In this document: positions 33,101 through 34,662 of the stretch, one piece after another
Numbering within the stretch: position 1 is the first letter of the stretch
Layout: each line of letters opens with the position of its first letter
Assembly (NCBI GenBank): GCA_964450015.1
Contig: CAYVEU010000002.1
Span: 1 to 34,662 of the forward strand
Source of the DNA: an uncultured Christensenella sp.
GTDB lineage: Bacteria; Bacillota; Clostridia; Christensenellales; DTU072
DNA: 34,662 nt
Direction of reading: 5' to 3'
Program-made: the position numbers and the translations under genes
Notes under the pieces: model-generated
Database searches by the model: none
What the model was told of the DNA's origin: nothing
What the model saw: the letters and a program-made list of their open reading frames with translations, nothing else

Positions 33101-34214
33101 GGAGTACCTACAAGAGATTGAGGACGTCACTCGCTTCATCAAATATCACGGACTGGTCGGCAACGATTTACCGAGCGACTTCGGCGTTATGGACATAGTT
33201 ATGAACGTGCAAGACTATTACACGATAGGCGTTTACGGAATCGACTTCAACGGCTTCAAAGTAAACGGCGACAGCCTTTACGCGTATACCTACAACGTTT
33301 CCGGAAGCGACGGATACAGCCGCGTAGAGCTGAAATCGTACGGACAAGACGGCAGTATCCTCGGATTGTCGGACCCAATCAGCACTCGCAGAAGAAATAT
33401 GTTTACAAACTACAACGTTTACGTATCCGAGCGAAACGATTACCGCATAAGGGCGGAGATCGGCGCGATACTGGTCTACAACAGCGAAGAATTGCAGCAA
33501 GCTCTCAACAGCATAAGCAACGGTAGCAACGCTATTATATACCTAATGCCGAAAACGGATGAAGACGGCAATACGGACCTTACCGCACCGAACGTTTACG
33601 ACGCGATTACGATAAACGTCAATGCGGGTATTACGATTATCGGATGTTACGACGACAACCGCAATATCCTTACGGAAATCAAAGGCATTACGGTTTTGAG
33701 AGGAGCGGTCAACTTGAAGATACTGTCCTTTAAGGCGCAAAAGACCGGTGACGTCAGCCTGACGATAGGCGAAAAAGCTAACGACGTAACGGTTTACGAT
33801 TGCATATTCGACGGCAACGGTTACGACGACGCGGTCGCGATAAAGACGGACAGGCTGTACGCTTCCCGCCTCTACGTCGGCGGTTCGACGTTCGGCAACA
33901 GTCGCAGCGGTATAGAACTTGACGGCGGCAAGCTGGGACTCGGCAACGGTACCGACGGCGGCAACGTGTTCGAAAATAACGACTACGGTATAAGAATTAC
34001 CAGCGACAGCGACGACGTAAGAATAGAGAACGCTTCGTTTATCGGACAAGCGGTGGGCGTCTATTGCGAAAATGCGGAAGCGGTGATCTTGAACAACTTC
34101 TTCGACTACAACCGCACGGCGATACGCTTGGTAAAGGGCGACGCGAACGAGGCAGCAAAGCAGAACGTCTTCGGCGAGTATAACGGCGTAACGATAGACG
34201 ACAGTAAGCTGTAA
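18138..34214 (+). CDS. Giant lipoprotein B (5358 aa), paralog of A, with MBG-like domains and C-terminal beta-helix
   Basis: Uninterrupted 16-kb ORF. GGAGGT RBS lies inside the end of gene A. Signal peptide MNKRRLLILICILLAVTLLVTMVA-C (lipobox, Cys25). KTYDG/YVYNG/LVYNG MBG-like starts near the C-terminus. Ends in parallel beta-helix-like repeats (VTVYDCIFDGN, FENNDYGIRI, ILNNFFDYN). Confidence 0.9.
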   Translation: MNKRRLLILICILLAVTLLVTMVACKNTTDDEIPEDPIETPDKVKLSTTQALDKVYNGLIAGGNAMDEMPAYGVENVFGINMRYINYEFTYKANYRANAADSEIYLGLFDVNANIYRFEAYYNAKDLYYRATEKTHVISNFSSTMMFGTFYDACRKIDMSKNFFGDEIGQIFNTNSGSVNLGILLGEQAITYNKAGEGREYVEFSNLDLTILNSSITLFMNRTFGDIGNKFDLITQKYLNFKLSNVVSSRTEQIHAKSLGFGISANTATDTHWQLTGRMTDAEKSSFSVKADLSYVEGKQNISESSKFSKLTSEEATLGKNRFTGSMLVPMASDLPFDAELITNINSKDNKVNEAKLTITDATGVNFLAGYYKDGQAFLDATGFTDWIDGAIDLAALKFPKIYEENVDVTKLISAGYINLTKIIEMFIDNGLGATIDKNLYNKVVENLTDDGVNTIYYTVTEELIQAITGDDTPLMTTVAKFLNVDETTLSAFIGEDFFSSAKLIIGYNLDTGELTLSLYKGDTAIFLASFFREEYNGVTFPSDVYAGSLAYSKLAMPDTITMEIRADLNLGNEKQSTDISRALGVMIGDTTGKNTAGILTKTETLSIRGEVSERFVTGEDGRIATVNTVAIKLYKTVNSVETLILSIRSNPDNDNQLFIDYYLPLGKYGKVGAEPVSYRINKQVIKDGFDEILGEDNVFSESNIFTILTTVLSADGISSITKQEGWFGFSLVVSSQNDPVYEILGIEDTTATVKARIFFSPIEQEEIERRYLEPVVITPDSRGVVSIYSDGSAWVDEIDVYFGETRIVFEPTYVEDSVKVITDKAVYTPQAFLFGKEITYTVTILTNNGTYKIESLADNKIIIDPAFTDKLPTSIAVVYDNGERGELACTVEDFFEGNITIAGYNLAGFDGDFERCAKSRVVIGKNSIMNVEFEVYVLVHDRSVIPAKDANGNDLYDKGVPIIATVEIDPYTYAMRSGYNPLVEGLKDVDLLFNGVYGSEEVEEDGETVTKILSYDIVGYNRFPLNELNLDWDYDFEKISYHGNLSYARAYYGSVAVAVKVSVAAQEVDYVRIDDVSDPQNPILGTNGRYTIDPLIKETYVIPSTTEGAYRVVLVFKNGDDDLLSVKKERILSVVKPMGISDDEYYENYLSVRLNWAGASRLADDTVNKTIIKLDRATTDLFGNGNDTTASFGAELGMDEQIINLTVDAPSRYQSPSSDGGKQVHAAASCTIIGGEPDYGDTKTEWISDAYFPASDGKVYKAFEPYEINPYDTAARLPQKIYLNVYRTSATNRDKQYKLYDVRWVTTDSDGNELNLIELKEDGRYGLKNPVTYEQDMFVYGKVGNRGDEKGDYVWIIATVRNLQSLATDVIYEGLSAGQTVIEIDPYKEYRLPTGFTAILESGNKITETDIIWYIHDKSTADIDDNWYPQININGIQSRYYDKNGNYVFDRKGGYYEIRYIIEGSSEVIRQTISLDVVVSGRTVESDKIRIFDSQGSDQPTTGVKDINIYDISSSELLSRLEELLDENSTVGVTFNEVREGSTYGMYDLHVDWLRAEKGDANYKHSIDYLMSMLKTPMTRNTETSDLSMVLYGDIGKGTVNEQSLMITFELAFRAIKNLKFNRWEPAVRENGAVAIDEAMAGTVTVDFATWESKKLTVRLNKPFALTIPVQGGRVYASAYEYLAYLFEQVTVEFTNGIISVIRPEIEKTTFVEETVNETLLKNGFSMELRLNKLSEGSAIDVITVEVISVKDELKNSYDYVTADPYKAVDLETGELGGERYSDGYNLDGYFDVEYEISGVVRYTVKDGKWNVGANSKRFFAENTVSKIDASLINVLGDFNGVPKDYPQAIEYYFEYPIPWIDVTFIRTIRIPRKNIREVYYDAYADDGQYDIKNGVINVFNPYSYFREGLPDGYGIDITKLPNEILAQKTDYYDTDRQVRSHYVSWTINDIFKVADFEARFETGIEVEFDEDGYPLAQAASSINAKNWFAYCDLDSYYVTQGNEVTRTRQRVYLYVNMPKVQYEGIEYGVQNIETKNGKKNLIVVDPYDDPMNYNHIFKFPTDGLRVYFSETYQDFADVKFNLFKTNGELKTSDIKEIYYDEHGADSMYDECINADGTMYIEAYIPGFRPINGLNDGSRIGLPIYLKILPKIIAEVEIENDAYDADGRLVGGTRLPVYYIDPYNDATFALPYKAWIRFQNDPEGEFGEHMINGWSLVTDDGAIPLNDAKDFYSRTSERYDNVSYGFYKSSGGSYAGAIYTLQGHITIGKTMTGGEVGKQTFNVYVIVLNRSLQEKYYVSHRFTDPLGGLLQDIPSEISEDFFVDYDSDYASLAVENGFMKYSDFSTPTVPAINWEVYNSQSVIDPLGGFDKEIEGNVYTWSNAKSALKSKAQTDIDAKFETLTRARIFDACFTDSGNPQAYFVNAEPFVQVAKTVETQTAYATYKLTVTYLSSDSDEEMKQLGSYLANGLLNEIMAEYGSATDAERTEILFNRLKENYKNSQNSRDRIYAAWLTVYNNYKAAGSDYNANVSAYQQLKADVYDTLIKDLHTKDLARITDRIRPSIETSLLPYKNAAYWDEIYERSSDAERAQMESILNGTTETAKSNAYTVYMQRQTVMRGNIGETVGARITAPTMKVVEVYQNSGLAGSGSRIEITEFLFNQYTTIAFLNDVDVETVISYKEILDEYIAAALEKALDNYRAQNLEASLKEYVYRKTAEYVNQAIPTQKNDAGISSPIFEYTYGKEESVNGEFAGYWKKLYSNATAETSSRLSNLKKAYGNVYNKAIFDEIIAYHQVLDDTITSDGKTIKVTEYVEEKIIKTYGYNKTAFDAYEALMLKRDTELLDAIRAEVQKSVDASLAALLAGSSLDVGFNPTLSAFGTRGTIFSTMFGAEADDMYDLLLASFGGTGTNFGQAIETVYRNTTGGKGAAFFAILRENNNISTEITGRATNIYNWKLGGAKAFDALEADPSVIGLTNQELTALVDITKGVNEIGYEASYNDAFDSTDFASFRKSVVFDRLRSGLSGNYKTALDNLYNEAVQGTLAKAYQTLYQKGDTAVRNNLDTMRQNREDFDRKSFVAFVAYYEQEGEKIQSGVDNTKTYQAARDVFYASKTIWNELNTDSAFTPYRQFLSATDEAAAKQAGIKKYRDTFATDAEKAAINYCLAIYGDGAYDKLSERKEYGASFVEGIENSYYFVCLAEMTAKVRTAVEASNPFDGVSESDFTDYGNEIETYLYAVRGSYTTSANQNVYNKKRELAYVRFIEKLTEGALKPYYDRVNAVESDGLAKGLTLAYDRIYAYDADELNEVLLAIYKEWREDNPDQAKLGANEYAAFNELLTNDELQNYYYAINEIADEKGCEAVYDGLATFGLKNDVDTVARAAFENVATVYNGLPSGVKSKLNTQISAGYFVKGERETYSDKVCGFVSAYATLGSTEWSDQEVLTAANNLMTAIYETACSVVKTDETTLNMSDGDKLLITAIEFVEGEKAYRQTNKRDEKAVTVKTAAGVLTVISAVSDGASEAYIGLPVTTAGKKAEFVKILSEVLADCGYKNAADYILAAAAENGEKYLAFNPNKDSSDYDEELEQEIIARLKVTSEYGNLVNGNGELKYTGLSDYISDVRQKTSAFINGLREGYTLPVDPTDEDYENLFAAIVGDKTEYVTFYTEDSVDGLGADANRRIVIFDKRAFENDPQITQGQYYVYFGNAAKLDLSDVSQLKNDERVKSKLVTYKYLGAGQIDTLYVDFYGDTTIDFAKLNAQDTDPNSENYGKKGNGIDKILVTYNKLNAFEIDPLAPVLPSRVRVYGVYTFTETIKLAGGATKILNDQKQVLDLGMMAVAEYGELFYDSVYDGQSGEKSYSIVLEGNGRTRTVSNISVSYPDRRIDKVYLDDDWYGGVIDGTNSNLYNLYDRDRGVNVIKIDPVRQEFLDVYEHNYLMPEKITVRYRAEYDYMAEEAEYEDIEWDMDGVAYSLDGLSAKPIRPKKYRIRQIENGVETIRLIEFVDDTVLITVIDIDGNKLGDTLIFNGVPDKTVWNLELDIISRTPRELVDNNGKVLGVYSEKDKYIDVTPSAYSLNPYDIIYPSTVRLNLNNNSQTSALAADWQIAAGVTGEGKLQSIMNGTAIDKHLVATFDYLGYQISVRFATDDISLGVAQKDYVNGGIIYLVADRTLAAEQLSNSYPYFYYNFDVTTDAYLKVPLGFSDSNVRGIDTSKAGIYYDVKGCLGWDKEKYPNMTLVDNISFTIQVIDPVAYAKLDGDTNRFVIYDYVSAPYDGNFHKRTDPNEPDGFDEFVHFGLNGEGLNFAIDKDSITYDVLGGTVYFRCKFDLNGGGTVFNPSSYNRLAGSETGSQIVTFRVAVPFKGYLYTGVSEVYFDKVPVKDGLGNDIWKWTKVDEHDAAYCDAIVWTLGRTMKASDLPQAYTERGEKISLTWDLTGVNVNKATGLSEGYKAIAYYYDADGIWQSATLTVYIEKQNIYQQVLNAVGGSLVIEKTYDGNHYRSPFDPNADEMKVLREDGSYGALMETSVDYKPVNKPDWEYSQTDYPLNAGDYNVRIRIMEDYNATMGGELVLTLRVNPDVVHAVLLRFDSEQGSGKIAYVYNGEARELTAISGMPTVKVENWFETSADKAALVNAQRGEGVKENAAKTAAYNVLYEAVTQPTKDYMDRLIRQAEAEHGWKNDELYASVWDSLAPALEICEVVQRATYMGDVMLAEAPTDVGVYTAWFDVRPEDNKGNYVFDTDRLSFTLTITQPEVTYSPMETELVYNGRAQNPKINGLHDADGRLPAGVTITYTYKYYVGNAENILVNGITNVGTYTCSVKISGGVNYPNGELSEFTVKVLPKDLYIDIPVKLLAESLAELAEIMTLLRQELVGKVDPTVIRPEIITGIGNGTTNAETVAELFNTYMTGDALKDTLDYIAEKVSSEYIRLLAGELGGGEGAYLDDLADLIDRRGGNGVLTEIAVYILRNGGEEYLGILAENVVNVVGSEYLQEIEDVTRFIKYHGLVGNDLPSDFGVMDIVMNVQDYYTIGVYGIDFNGFKVNGDSLYAYTYNVSGSDGYSRVELKSYGQDGSILGLSDPISTRRRNMFTNYNVYVSERNDYRIRAEIGAILVYNSEELQQALNSISNGSNAIIYLMPKTDEDGNTDLTAPNVYDAITINVNAGITIIGCYDDNRNILTEIKGITVLRGAVNLKILSFKAQKTGDVSLTIGEKANDVTVYDCIFDGNGYDDAVAIKTDRLYASRLYVGGSTFGNSRSGIELDGGKLGLGNGTDGGNVFENNDYGIRITSDSDDVRIENASFIGQAVGVYCENAEAVILNNFFDYNRTAIRLVKGDANEAAKQNVFGEYNGVTIDDSKL

Positions 34215-34229
34215 ACCGTATAAAAAAGA

Positions 34230-34259
34230 GGTCGGCGCGCAAATTTTGGCGCGCCGACC
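34230..34259. terminator. GC-rich hairpin after gene B, likely terminator
   Basis: GGTCGGCGCGC-8 nt-GCGCGCCGACC perfect 11-bp stem 15 bp after the stop. The plus-strand U-tract is weak (GAATTTTC). Confidence 0.6.
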
Positions 34260-34312
34260 GAATTTTCGCAAAAAACTACGAATAAAAAACAAAAAGAATA
34301 TACGGCATTTGG

Positions 34313-34341
34313 TTGACAAATCAAAACGAATGTATTATTAT
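34313..34341 (+). promoter_or_regulatory. SigmaA promoter of the tRNA cluster
   Basis: TTGACA (34313-34318), 17 nt, TATTAT (34336-34341), 14 bp upstream of the first tRNA. Confidence 0.75.
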
Positions 34342-34355
34342 AGTATAGCAATTGT

Positions 34356-34433
<78 letters not shown>

Positions 34434-34442
34434 CAAAATTAT

Positions 34443-34519
34443 GGCGGCGTAGCTTAGTTGGTTAGAGCGGCCGGTTCATACCCGGCAGGTCGTTGGTTCG
34501 AATCTGACCGCCGCTACCA
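34443..34519 (+). tRNA. Elongator tRNA-Met (CAT)
   Basis: GGCGGCG/CGCCGCT acceptor stem, anticodon loop TTCATAC, TTCGAAT T-loop, encoded CCA. Resembles the Bacillota elongator Met rather than Ile2. Confidence 0.88.
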
Positions 34520-34533
34520 TACCAAAAAAATAA

Positions 34534-34608
34534 GGCCCTATGGTCAAGTGGTTAAGACATCGCCCTTTCACGGCGGTAACCCGAGTTCGAACCTCGGTAG
34601 GGTCACCA
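34534..34608 (+). tRNA. tRNA-Glu (TTC)
   Basis: GGCCCTA/TAGGGTC acceptor stem, anticodon loop CTTTCAC, TTCGAAC T-loop, encoded CCA. Confidence 0.95.
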
Positions 34609-34612
34609 ATGT

Positions 34613-34662
34613 GGGAGCATAGCTCAGCTGGGAGAGCATCTGCCTTACAAGCAGAGGGTCAC
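34613..34662 (+). tRNA. tRNA-Val (TAC), 3' truncated by window edge
   Basis: GGGAGCATAGCTCAGCTGGGAGAGC D-arm. Anticodon arm TCTGC-CTTACAA-GCAGA. Confidence 0.9.

Noticed and set aside
6481-34351. Many long antisense and alternate-frame ORFs inside the giant genes (e.g. 9724..11091, 27087..28460, 28485..29627)
   Set aside because: They are Val/Arg-rich shadows expected from the GAC/TAC/AAC-rich codon usage of the sense genes, with no recognisable motifs.

Overview
Chromosomal window from a Bacillota (Clostridia-like, by inference) bacterium. The left 6 kb holds the end of a sugar-catabolic operon (partial FGGY kinase and two class II aldolase-fold genes, one apparently catalytically dead) and a convergent ecfA1-ecfA2-ecfT-truA operon that may be leaderless. 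It also holds a small PLDc_N-like membrane protein, a hairpin- and repeat-rich intergenic region and an unannotated 53-aa minus-strand ORF. About 80% of the window (6433-34214) is a two-gene operon behind a perfect TTGACA-N17-TATAAT promoter encoding two giant lipoproteins (3900 and 5358 aa). By eye these are end-to-end collinear paralogs: a repeated N-terminal beta-rich module, then a long chain of DP[YL]..LP..W Ig-like units, with large alpha-helical-looking insertions at different positions in each paralog. Only the second carries MBG-like domains and a C-terminal beta-helix. This pair is the best candidate for an undescribed cell-surface system. The window ends in a tRNA cluster (fMet, Met, Glu, partial Val). 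Domain calls come from motif recognition, not database searches, and domain boundaries are approximate.
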